From an uncultured virus (IMG/VR IMGVR_UViG_3300005444_000002) (lineage: Duplodnaviria > Heunggongvirae > Uroviricota > Caudoviricetes): a stretch of DNA of 20,000 nt. Below are positions 1-7,619 of the stretch, in pieces. Location of the stretch: the IMG/VR virus record IMGVR_UViG_3300005444_000002; one strand, written 5' to 3'. Under the pieces are notes generated by a model. That model ran no database searches. It was not told where the DNA came from and saw only the letters and a program-made list of their open reading frames with translations. How positions within the stretch are numbered: the stretch's first letter is position 1; every line of letters begins with the position of its first letter. The translations under genes and the position numbers were made by a program.

Positions 1-416
1 TGCTTGACCTATACGGAAGACCCATCCGTAACCCCCGTGGGCCTCACTCCCGCAGCATCCTCCATCGGATCTACTCCCAACTCATGACCCCCCAGGGCTC
101 CACATGCCAGATCTGGAGAGGTGGGAGGACAGGGGATAGAACCAAGGCGAGGATGTATATAGCTCCCAGGAAGTATCGGTTGGTTGAGAGGGAACTCTGG
201 GCACAGACCTACGGGTATATTGAGAAGCAGGACAAGGTCATCCACACCTGTGGGAATCAGCTCTGTATGAATCTTGAGCACATGGAGCTGGGGAAGTTTG
301 AGAAGCAGGTAGAGCATAGGCGAATGTTTGGTCAGAGGATGCAGGAGAGACGCAAGAAGCCCAAGGAGGTTGATGATGGACTACAGTCGGAAGTCAGCAA
401 ACAAACCCCCACCTAA
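1..416 (+). CDS. Degenerate HNH endonuclease-like protein (His-Cys type), 5' end probably just outside the window
   Basis: The frame is open from nt 3 (LDLYGRPIRNPRGPHSRSILHRIYSQL) into ORF 84..416. nt 1-2 'TG' could be the end of a start codon. The CQIWRG...ERELWAQTYGYI...VIHTCGNQLCMNLEHMELG pattern parallels the HNH at 10537 (CWIWTG...HRVSWELHYGPI...VLHKCDNPPCVRPDHLFLG). Confidence 0.7.
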   Translation, partial: LDLYGRPIRNPRGPHSRSILHRIYSQLMTPQGSTCQIWRGGRTGDRTKARMYIAPRKYRLVERELWAQTYGYIEKQDKVIHTCGNQLCMNLEHMELGKFEKQVEHRRMFGQRMQERRKKPKEVDDGLQSEVSKQTPT

Positions 417-519
417 ACCCCCACCCCTCCCCAGAGGGTTCTCCACCGACTTAACCCCTCGATTGGCCCCACCCAGATTCTCCCCCACCTACCGACCCCC
501 CGTTTACCGTATCGCCTAA
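376..519 (+). CDS. Small Pro/Arg-rich hypothetical protein (47 aa)
   Basis: Strong SD AAGGAGGT at 363-370, 5 nt before ATG 376. Product MDYSRKSANKPPPKPPPLPRGF...YRIA. Overlaps the 3' end of the upstream gene. Confidence 0.5.
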   Translation: MDYSRKSANKPPPKPPPLPRGFSTDLTPRLAPPRFSPTYRPPVYRIA

Positions 520-540
520 CCCCCTAACAATCCACCAATA

Positions 541-563
541 ATCCCAGGGTGTTACCCTGGGAT
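541..563. promoter_or_regulatory. Perfect 10-bp inverted repeat (operator or RBS-occluding hairpin)
   Basis: ATCCCAGGGT-GTT-ACCCTGGGAT, intergenic, ending 2 nt before the GTG start at 566. Confidence 0.55.
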
Positions 564-565
564 AG

Positions 566-790
566 GTGTCTTCTCGCCCCCTATCCGCCGACATTCGTAA
601 AGATCTCGCACAGATCCAAGAACATGTCGAGAGGGGGCTCAAGTTAGAGAAGCTAACCCCAACCCAAATCATAGATGCCGTCGCTGATGCTTTCCTCCTT
701 TCCGGGAAGCCCCAGCTCGCCTCTCAACTCCAAGAGCTGAGAGCGAAGTGGTTGCTATTGAACATCCCCCCAGAAGGAGCGGTACATTGA
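566..790 (+). CDS. Small helical hypothetical protein (74 aa), weak terminase small subunit candidate
   Basis: GTG start. Stop TGA overlaps the next TTG start (TTGA 787-790). Lies upstream of terL. No diagnostic TerS motif recognised. Confidence 0.6.
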   Translation: MSSRPLSADIRKDLAQIQEHVERGLKLEKLTPTQIIDAVADAFLLSGKPQLASQLQELRAKWLLLNIPPEGAVH

Positions 791-1833
791 AAAGACTCAT
801 CCCCCTCCTCCTTCTCCTCTCAGGATGTAGGCTCCTGGATCTCCAGATCCCCAGGAGTCCTTGCCCCCCTTCTGACCCCTGCCCGATGGTGACCCCTCCT
901 CCATCCCCCCCAATCCCCTCCCCTTCCCCCACACCTTCACCAATCCCTCTCCCCACTCCAACACCCCTCCCTACTCCTTCCCCCTCCCCAGAGGTCTGCC
1001 AGAGCCCTCCAGGTAGGGTCTGTAACTCCGGGGAAGGGGATCCTGATTGTGGATGTTGGATCTGTGCTCCCAGAACTGGGATGAAGTGGGAGAAGAAGAG
1101 GGATTGCGCCTTCCCTCCCCCTGATCCATGCCTCACCTGCTGGTCATGTGAAGGGTTGAGGGAGTATCAGGTCCGTCAGGGGCACTTAACCCCTGTGGTG
1201 CATAACGGGAAGCAACTGTATGTCAATGCGGGGAAGTATATCAATGACAGGTGTGAAAGTGTGGACGAGAATGGTTCATACCTTGGACCACCCAGTTGGT
1301 TTTTGGGTGATCAGTGCTGGCCTCCTCCTGTTTGCTCTTCTCCTCTCCCCTCTCCTCTACCTAACCCCAGCCCAATACCTGGACCTAGTCCTTCTCCTCC
1401 TCTAATGAGTGAGTGCCCCCCCTTGGTGAAGTGGGTTGTCGGGATCCACAACATCATGAATGGGAACTTCCAGCCTTCTGAGGAAGTGGTCTCTGGGGGG
1501 TATGTGGTCCTGGACTCCACCCCCAGGTTCAGATTACCCAACTACCCCCCTGACCGGGGAGGTCCCTGTAACTCCGACCACCCCTGTGGGAGGGAGTGTG
1601 AGGATCCTAGGGGGGGAGTGTTCACTGTGGTCTCTGGGGATCCAGGGAACTCCAGGACCCAATCCCCGGGCCCTGACAGTGGTTATCAGCTCCGTCTAGG
1701 CCCACTCAATAGGGGAAGCCATGTAATCCGCCTCTGCCCCCTCGGGGATCTCCATGATGGAGAGAATCCCTCTAGGAGGGTGGGGTTGGTTCCTGGGTTT
1801 GTATGCTCGGAAGTAACTGTGGAGGTGCATTGA
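787..1833 (+). CDS. Cys- and Pro-rich lipoprotein (348 aa)
   Basis: Start re-called at TTG 787 (SD AAGGAG upstream, coupled to the previous stop). N-terminus MKRLIPLLLLLSG-C is a signal peptide II with lipobox LSGC. It has 21 Cys and two PS/PT linkers. Confidence 0.8.
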   Translation: MKRLIPLLLLLSGCRLLDLQIPRSPCPPSDPCPMVTPPPSPPIPSPSPTPSPIPLPTPTPLPTPSPSPEVCQSPPGRVCNSGEGDPDCGCWICAPRTGMKWEKKRDCAFPPPDPCLTCWSCEGLREYQVRQGHLTPVVHNGKQLYVNAGKYINDRCESVDENGSYLGPPSWFLGDQCWPPPVCSSPLPSPLPNPSPIPGPSPSPPLMSECPPLVKWVVGIHNIMNGNFQPSEEVVSGGYVVLDSTPRFRLPNYPPDRGGPCNSDHPCGRECEDPRGGVFTVVSGDPGNSRTQSPGPDSGYQLRLGPLNRGSHVIRLCPLGDLHDGENPSRRVGLVPGFVCSEVTVEVH

Positions 1834-2283
1834 ATGATTGTTCTGACTGATAAGCATAAGATCCCCTTCCAGATAGATCCTGAGGATTATGAAGCAGTGT
1901 CTCGTTATCCATGGTGTATCGGTGGACCTGGCTATCCCTTCTCCAAGACAGGCAAATACCCCAACGACACTGCTATTACTCTTCATCAATTCCTCTTAGG
2001 TAAGGCTCCTCCGGGATTAGAGTGGGATCACATCAATCGGGACAAGTTAGACAATCGAAGAGCAAATTTGAGAGCCGTTACTCGTTCCATCAATGGTCGA
2101 AACATCGGTCTTCGTAGGCATAACACATCAGGCGTAACCGGAGTCTATTGGTTCAAGCCCATCAAACGTTGGTACGCCCGGATTAATGTCGGTAAGGGCC
2201 GTAAGTATGTTCATCTGGGGTATCACCCCAGCTATGAAGCAGCGGTGGCAGCACGTAAGGCTGCTGAAGCTTTGTACTGGTGA
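1834..2283 (+). CDS. Free-standing HNH-AP2 homing endonuclease
   Basis: IDPEDYEAVSRYPW N-terminus, HNH core LHQFLLG...WDHINRDKLDNRRANLR, and AP2 domain NTSGVTGVYW...WYARI...HLGY...AVAARKAAE. Confidence 0.9.
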   Translation: MIVLTDKHKIPFQIDPEDYEAVSRYPWCIGGPGYPFSKTGKYPNDTAITLHQFLLGKAPPGLEWDHINRDKLDNRRANLRAVTRSINGRNIGLRRHNTSGVTGVYWFKPIKRWYARINVGKGRKYVHLGYHPSYEAAVAARKAAEALYW

Positions 2284-2286
2284 TAG

Positions 2287-3927
2287 ATGGCCCCAATTTA
2301 CGCTGATATACGAGAGACCATCAGGAAACTGGAACGGGGAGAACTCTCGATTCCACAGATGTTATCTCTCAAAGATCAGATATTACCCTTATTAAAGGCA
2401 GGAAAGAAGCCACTTCCAGATAATCCAGCCGATTTTGCCATGTTCATGACTGAGGATGAGCATCCCGACCATAAATGGGAGGTTGCACCACATTTAAGGC
2501 TGATTTCCGACTATCTGACCGAACTAATCGCTGGAAAACGGCAGCGATTGATGATTTTCACCCCACCTAGGCACGGAAAGTCGGAACTGGTATCCAAATG
2601 GCTTCCAGTTTGGTTTTTGGCGAAGAATCCCACTAAAAAAATCATCCTAGCCTCATACGAGCAGGATTTCAGCAATATCTATGGTCGTGCTGTTAGGGAT
2701 ATTATCCAAAACAATCAGGATAAGCTCTCCATTACCCTTGATTCAGGCTCTACTGCAGCCCACCGATGGTCTTTGACCTCCGGTGGAGGAATGATGTGTG
2801 CGGGAGCTGGGGGACCTATCACAGGTAAGGGTGCAGACCTCCTGATTGTGGACGATCCGGTGAAAAATGACGAAGAGGCGTCCTCGGAAGTCTATAGAGA
2901 GAAGCTCTTTTCGTGGTGGCAGAGCACGGCTTTTACTCGTCTATCCCCTACTGGTGTTGTCGTCATTATCATGACCAGATGGAATGAGGATGACGTGTCG
3001 GGAAGGTTGGAGAATCTATCCACCTCAGGTGAAGGACTTCATTGGGACATTCTCAGACTTCCTGCTTTAGCAGAGGATGATGATCCCCTAGGGAGGAAGT
3101 ATGGGGAGGCCCTCTGGCCCACCCGCTTCTCCAGAGAATGGCTCCTAGACAAGAAGAGGGGTATTAGTCCTTACCTCTTCTCAGCCCTCTACCAACAACA
3201 TCCCACCCCAGAAGAGGGAAACGCTGTACGCCGTTCCTGGTGGGGAAGGTATCAAGTAGCTCCTGATGTTGAATCGATGGACGTGGTTATACAGAGTTGG
3301 GATCTGGCCTTCAAAGATATGTCCAAGAATGACTTCACCGTAGGTCAGGTGTGGGGGAGGAAGGGAGCTTCCCTCTATCTCCTAGACCAAATCAGAGGCC
3401 ACCTCAATGCGGAGGAATGTGTCTTGGCTATCAGAGCCACCACTGCCAAATGGCCTAGAGCCTTAGCCAAGCTCATTGAGGATAAGGCCAATGGACCGGC
3501 TGTCATCCAGATGCTATCCAAGAAGGTGGCAGGAGTAATCCCGATCAACCCCAAAGCCTCCAAGGATGCTCGCCTAGCCGCTGTGATCCCCTTCATCGCA
3601 GCCGGGAATGTCCACCTCCCCGAGGGGGAGATAGCTCCTTGGGTGGGGGATTTCATAGAGGAGTGTGCTGCCTTCCCCAAGGGGGCTAATGATGACTGTG
3701 TTGACGCCATGACCCAAGCACTCAACTACCTCAACCCCCAAGCCTCCCTCCATATCGAGAAAATGCACAGAGAAGCCCTCAACACTCCCGACAAAGCCAC
3801 CCCTATCGATCTTCACACAGCCTCCGTCCATAAATCCCTTCGGGAGGCAGTGAAGAAAACCACCAAAAAGATCAACACCACCAAAGGGCAGGCATTCCGT
3901 CAAAGGGCCCATACGGGTCATTGGTAG
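2287..3927 (+). CDS. terL: Terminase large subunit (Terminase_6-like ATPase plus RNase H-like nuclease)
   Basis: Walker A PPRHGKS, Walker B LLIVDDPVK, coupling motif IIMTRW, SALYQQHP linker, nuclease motifs QSWDLAFK, LIEDKANG and DDCVDA. Confidence 0.95.
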   Translation: MAPIYADIRETIRKLERGELSIPQMLSLKDQILPLLKAGKKPLPDNPADFAMFMTEDEHPDHKWEVAPHLRLISDYLTELIAGKRQRLMIFTPPRHGKSELVSKWLPVWFLAKNPTKKIILASYEQDFSNIYGRAVRDIIQNNQDKLSITLDSGSTAAHRWSLTSGGGMMCAGAGGPITGKGADLLIVDDPVKNDEEASSEVYREKLFSWWQSTAFTRLSPTGVVVIIMTRWNEDDVSGRLENLSTSGEGLHWDILRLPALAEDDDPLGRKYGEALWPTRFSREWLLDKKRGISPYLFSALYQQHPTPEEGNAVRRSWWGRYQVAPDVESMDVVIQSWDLAFKDMSKNDFTVGQVWGRKGASLYLLDQIRGHLNAEECVLAIRATTAKWPRALAKLIEDKANGPAVIQMLSKKVAGVIPINPKASKDARLAAVIPFIAAGNVHLPEGEIAPWVGDFIEECAAFPKGANDDCVDAMTQALNYLNPQASLHIEKMHREALNTPDKATPIDLHTASVHKSLREAVKKTTKKINTTKGQAFRQRAHTGHW

Positions 3928-3952
3928 ACTTACTTAGGGGGGTTAAGGGTAA

Positions 3953-4303
3953 ATGTTCAATAAGAAGCTAATCCAATCTCTGGAAAAGGAAATCACTCGG
4001 CTCTCTGCCCAAAGTAGTGATCTCCTTGACAGGTTGGAGAGGCAATTTACTGTAGCTGCCCAGGAAAGGGAGAAGCTTTTACAGAAGATCATTGCCCTAG
4101 GATCCCCCGCTTCCTTCTCCCTCATGAACCCCAAAGTCTCCTCGGAATCGAAACTCTCCCCTTTCCCCTCCGGACAATCAAGGATGGCCCCAGGCCTCCC
4201 CTCGCAGGTTCGCCTCTCTCCACCCCTCCCCTTCTCCTCCTCAGCTGCGAACCTGAGGAAGGAGATCCTTCCCATACCTCCTCTCCCTACCGAGGGGTTT
4301 TAA
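3953..4303 (+). CDS. Hypothetical protein with N-terminal coiled coil and Pro/Ser-rich tail
   Basis: Fills the terL-portal gap, purine-rich SD upstream, heptad pattern in residues 5-48. Confidence 0.7.
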   Translation: MFNKKLIQSLEKEITRLSAQSSDLLDRLERQFTVAAQEREKLLQKIIALGSPASFSLMNPKVSSESKLSPFPSGQSRMAPGLPSQVRLSPPLPFSSSAANLRKEILPIPPLPTEGF

Positions 4304-7054
4304 TTGGGAATGGTTGATCCGAAAGGGACTAGAGTCCCTGACTTGGATGCTGACGACTCTACCCTTATTGATTTTAAGAATAAGTATTTCTCCAAGTACA
4401 ACATCTGCCGTTTAGCTGAGATGCAGAGGATGTCCTTGGCTCTCCACTACCTCTATGGGAGGCAGTGGATTGAGCTAGACCAAACCCTTGTGCAAAGCGG
4501 ATCTGGGTATGCCTTCAAGTCTATTGATGGGGTTGATCCCCAAATGCCCAAACCGGTTATCAACATCTGTCTCCCAGCGGTGAAGGTCGAGAACAGCAGC
4601 CTCTCTAAGAGGCAGATCATCCCCAACATCCTCCCCACCGCTAAGGACCCTAGGGTAGAAACAGCTGCGAAGGAAGCGAAGGACATCCTCCTCCATACCC
4701 TCAAGAAGAATCTGTGGCCCGAGAAGAGGGATGACCACACCACCAATACCGTTGCTACTGGTATTGGAATCATGCGTTCCTTCTGGGATGAGCCCCACAC
4801 AGAGACTACTCCCACAGCCTCCCCCTTCGCAGCCAAGTGCCCCAATGAGGGATGTGGAACCATGGTGAGCAACACCCAGGTCCCCACAGACCTCCTCATG
4901 CAGACGGCTCCTAATGCCCCTGCGACGGAGATTGAAGGGCTGGGGTTGTCGGAGTTGGAAGGCTGTCCTACTTGTGAGGAACCCACCCCTCTCCAACCCT
5001 TTGAGTTGGATGAAGAGGGAGCCAAGGGGGCGGACTTCTTTGGTCGCCCTATGGGGGAGGAGGTTGCTAAGGGGCATCCTGCTCTGGAGGTGGTGAGTCC
5101 CTTTGACTTCTACCCTTTCAACCATGGAGTGGATCAATCCCCTTCAGATTTGAGAGTGGTAGGTCAAGCCACCGTGAGGGATCTGGATTGGGTCTATGAC
5201 AGATATCCTGAGGAGGCTGAGGATCTTCGTCCAGAGGATCCCCAAGAACTCCTTTCCAGACATCCCACGATGGGGTATGGGGGGATCTTCAACTCCTACT
5301 CCTCCTCTGTTGATAGCGGGATTTACGACTCCCATGTAACCATCTATGACATCGTTGCAGAGAAGTCCTACAGATTCCCCCAGGGTCGTCTGATCCGTAT
5401 CGCTGGTCAGGGCCCTGAGGGGGGGAAGGTTCTCTTCTCTGGTCCTCTCTATAGGGAGGTTGCTGGGGTGGAGGTTGCTACTGTGAAGTATGCGGTGGCG
5501 GTCCATACCCCCCAACATCGGCTCATCTGGGGGAGATCCGTTGTGGATGATCTGGTGTCCATCCAGAATCAGGTCAATGGGATCAAGTCCCAAATCATCT
5601 CAGCCAGAGAGACCCTAGGTTCCCCTAACATCCTCGCCACTGAGAACATGGACCTCTCAGAACCCTCCTGGTTTGATGCCTACTCAGGGAAGATCATGAG
5701 GTATAGCATTGATCCTCTCAATCCTCTTGCCAAACCAGAAGTCTTCGGCGGTGTCCTCTTCCCTGGTGGGGGTGAGCTTGAGCTGGACAAGCTTTTGGAA
5801 CTCGCTAAGTACATTGCTGGCCCCCAGGATATCGAGCAGGGGGAAGCCCCAAGGAACATATCTACAACTTCCGGCTTGCAACTGTTGGGAGAGGCAGCCG
5901 AGAGAAGGAGGGCTGCTACTGAGAGAGCCCTCACTTTCTGCTATGAGAAGATTTGGTCCCACCAGTTGGAACTCCTCTGGGTCCTCCGTACCGAGTCAGA
6001 CACCTACGAAGTAGAGGGAGAGGATGGCTCTTGGGAGGAGAAGCAGTTCTCCAGGACGAACATCCTAGGTCAAACAAAGGTAACCATAGAGAAGCAGGCT
6101 GAGATTGACAGATCCCTCTACCAAAGAGAAGCAGCCCGAGAAGCCCAAGCCGATATGCTTTACATCGTGGATAACGCTATTACTCGGAAGAGACTTCTGG
6201 AGCTACGTGGCTTACCTACTGATGTGAATCAGGATCTGAACTATCAAGTTGACCTCGCTAAGAGGCAATGGATCGATTATGTAGATGATGGAAAGATCCC
6301 CACTATCGATCCCTCGATTGATGACTTCCGGATCAGGTTTCAAGCCCTCGCCACCATGCTCCTCTCGGATGAAGGTCAGAGGTTGCAGGAGGAGATGGGT
6401 TGGCCTAAGACCCTTAAACAGATCGCAGGTTGGGAGCAAGAGTTAGCCAAAGCAGAGATGATGGACGATCAAGTCAGGGGGATGTATAGCGCAATCGCTC
6501 CCCCTGAGGAGAACAACAAACTCTACGCTCAGGCAATGGTTTCCTACAGTGCCCAGCAAGAAGGGATGGAGGCTCAGGGGCAACAGATGGCCTCCCAAGG
6601 AGTCGTTGGTCCCCCTCCTGCTCCCCTCCCTCCTCCCCCACCCCCGATATTCCTCCCAGCGGACAAAGCAGACCGGGTGTATGGGGTCTGGAAGCAGATG
6701 ATTAATGTGGCTTTGATGAAGGTCCAGCAAGGCCCCCCTGGAGCCCCCCCTCAGGGTGTTCCCGAAATGGGTACGACCGTTCCCAATGTGGGAATGGACC
6801 CAGGTCAGGGCCCAGGTCTCGCTCCCCTCCAAGACCCTGGTGCCCCTCAGGATGCCTTCCTAAAGTTCAGATCGGTTGTGGAGGCATACAAGCTCCTCGC
6901 TGAAAAGAAGGATCTGATGGGTATGATGGGAGCCCCCCAAGCCCCCTCCCCAGGTACTCCAGGGGGGAATCCGGGGACGGGAGGTGCTCTTCCAGGGATA
7001 GCCCCCGCTGCCCCAGTCAACCCCCCTAACCCCCAACCGCCTCAAATCACCTAA
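4304..7054 (+). CDS. Portal protein (P22-like podovirus type) with Cys4 insertion and long Pro/Gln/Gly tail
   Basis: Follows terL. The INICLPAV...IPNILPTAKDPRVETAAKEAKDIL, LEVVSPFDFYP, WGRSVVDDLVSIQNQVN and TSGLQLLGEA segments match the pattern of podoviral portals. The start may be ATG 4310. Confidence 0.85.
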   Translation: MGMVDPKGTRVPDLDADDSTLIDFKNKYFSKYNICRLAEMQRMSLALHYLYGRQWIELDQTLVQSGSGYAFKSIDGVDPQMPKPVINICLPAVKVENSSLSKRQIIPNILPTAKDPRVETAAKEAKDILLHTLKKNLWPEKRDDHTTNTVATGIGIMRSFWDEPHTETTPTASPFAAKCPNEGCGTMVSNTQVPTDLLMQTAPNAPATEIEGLGLSELEGCPTCEEPTPLQPFELDEEGAKGADFFGRPMGEEVAKGHPALEVVSPFDFYPFNHGVDQSPSDLRVVGQATVRDLDWVYDRYPEEAEDLRPEDPQELLSRHPTMGYGGIFNSYSSSVDSGIYDSHVTIYDIVAEKSYRFPQGRLIRIAGQGPEGGKVLFSGPLYREVAGVEVATVKYAVAVHTPQHRLIWGRSVVDDLVSIQNQVNGIKSQIISARETLGSPNILATENMDLSEPSWFDAYSGKIMRYSIDPLNPLAKPEVFGGVLFPGGGELELDKLLELAKYIAGPQDIEQGEAPRNISTTSGLQLLGEAAERRRAATERALTFCYEKIWSHQLELLWVLRTESDTYEVEGEDGSWEEKQFSRTNILGQTKVTIEKQAEIDRSLYQREAAREAQADMLYIVDNAITRKRLLELRGLPTDVNQDLNYQVDLAKRQWIDYVDDGKIPTIDPSIDDFRIRFQALATMLLSDEGQRLQEEMGWPKTLKQIAGWEQELAKAEMMDDQVRGMYSAIAPPEENNKLYAQAMVSYSAQQEGMEAQGQQMASQGVVGPPPAPLPPPPPPIFLPADKADRVYGVWKQMINVALMKVQQGPPGAPPQGVPEMGTTVPNVGMDPGQGPGLAPLQDPGAPQDAFLKFRSVVEAYKLLAEKKDLMGMMGAPQAPSPGTPGGNPGTGGALPGIAPAAPVNPPNPQPPQIT

Positions 7055-7062
7055 GAGGTATT

Positions 7063-7140
7063 GTGACCCGTTTCCTCAACTTCCTCCGTAGGATCCTCCC
7101 GATCCTCAGCCGTCTTCTCCCTCCTGAACGGAAGGCTTAG
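7063..7140 (+). CDS. Putative 25-aa cationic amphipathic peptide MTRFLNFLRRILPILSRLLPPERKA
   Basis: GTG start after AAGAGGT, TAG stop at 7138-7140, native codons (TTC, CTC, ATC). Below the ORF-track size cutoff. Confidence 0.55.
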   Translation: MTRFLNFLRRILPILSRLLPPERKA

Positions 7141-7142
7141 GG

Positions 7143-7202
7143 GTGTTCTCCTTCCTCATTCATCTCATCTTCCTCTTCGCCACATTCCTCATCATTTACT
7201 AA
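7143..7202 (+). CDS. Putative 19-aa hydrophobic peptide MFSFLIHLIFLFATFLIIY
   Basis: GTG 2 nt after the previous stop, TAA at 7200-7202, native codons, about one membrane span long. Confidence 0.45.
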   Translation: MFSFLIHLIFLFATFLIIY

Positions 7203-7256
7203 TCGTTACACGTTGTTATTTAACTGCCCCTTTATGGGGAAGAAGGAGTCCCCCTA

Positions 7257-7508
7257 ATGGGAGAAGAGAGATGGTGGGATCAGGCTACCCGGAGCTGGAA
7301 GACGAGGGGTACTAAGTCTGATAGTGAACTAGCTGATGCTAAGGCGAAGGAACAATTCCAGGACACCTCCACCCTCATTAAAGCTGCTGAGGATAACAAG
7401 GCGAAGTCGGCCACCTCCACCCCTGTAGAGGACAGTCCCCTCGTTGCAGCCTCAAAGAAAGCAGCCAAGGCCCGGAAGGCTGCCCAGATATCCGCTCTCA
7501 GCCAGTAA
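7257..7508 (+). CDS. Hypothetical Ala/Lys-rich protein (83 aa)
   Basis: SD AAGGAG at 7243-7248, ATG 7257, located in the head module. Confidence 0.75.
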   Translation: MGEERWWDQATRSWKTRGTKSDSELADAKAKEQFQDTSTLIKAAEDNKAKSATSTPVEDSPLVAASKKAAKARKAAQISALSQ

Positions 7509-7580
7509 CCCCCTATCCTTATATATAGGTCGTAGAGAAGTGCCCCTTTAGAGGGGGATGTTACTCTTAACTTATCCAGC

Positions 7581-7599
7581 CTCAGGGACTACCCCTGAG
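7581..7599. promoter_or_regulatory. 7-bp inverted repeat upstream of the scaffold gene
   Basis: CTCAGGG-ACTAC-CCCTGAG, with the same CAGGG-N5-CCCTG core as 545-559. Confidence 0.45.
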
Positions 7600-7619
7600 C
7601 GGAAAGGTCCAACCACAAT

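Noticed and set aside
890..990. C-rich repeats as a tandem repeat array, CRISPR or G-quadruplex element
   Set aside because: They are explained by Pro-Ser/Pro-Thr codons of the lipoprotein linker. There are no constant repeats with unique spacers here or anywhere in the window.
1834..2283. HNH-AP2 as part of a group I intron or intein in terL
   Set aside because: It is a stand-alone ORF abutting both neighbours with no room for an intron core. TerL motifs are contiguous and there are no intein splice motifs.
7201..7225. Sigma70 promoter in the AT-rich intergenic stretch
   Set aside because: No convincing -35/-10 pair with proper spacing could be identified by eye.
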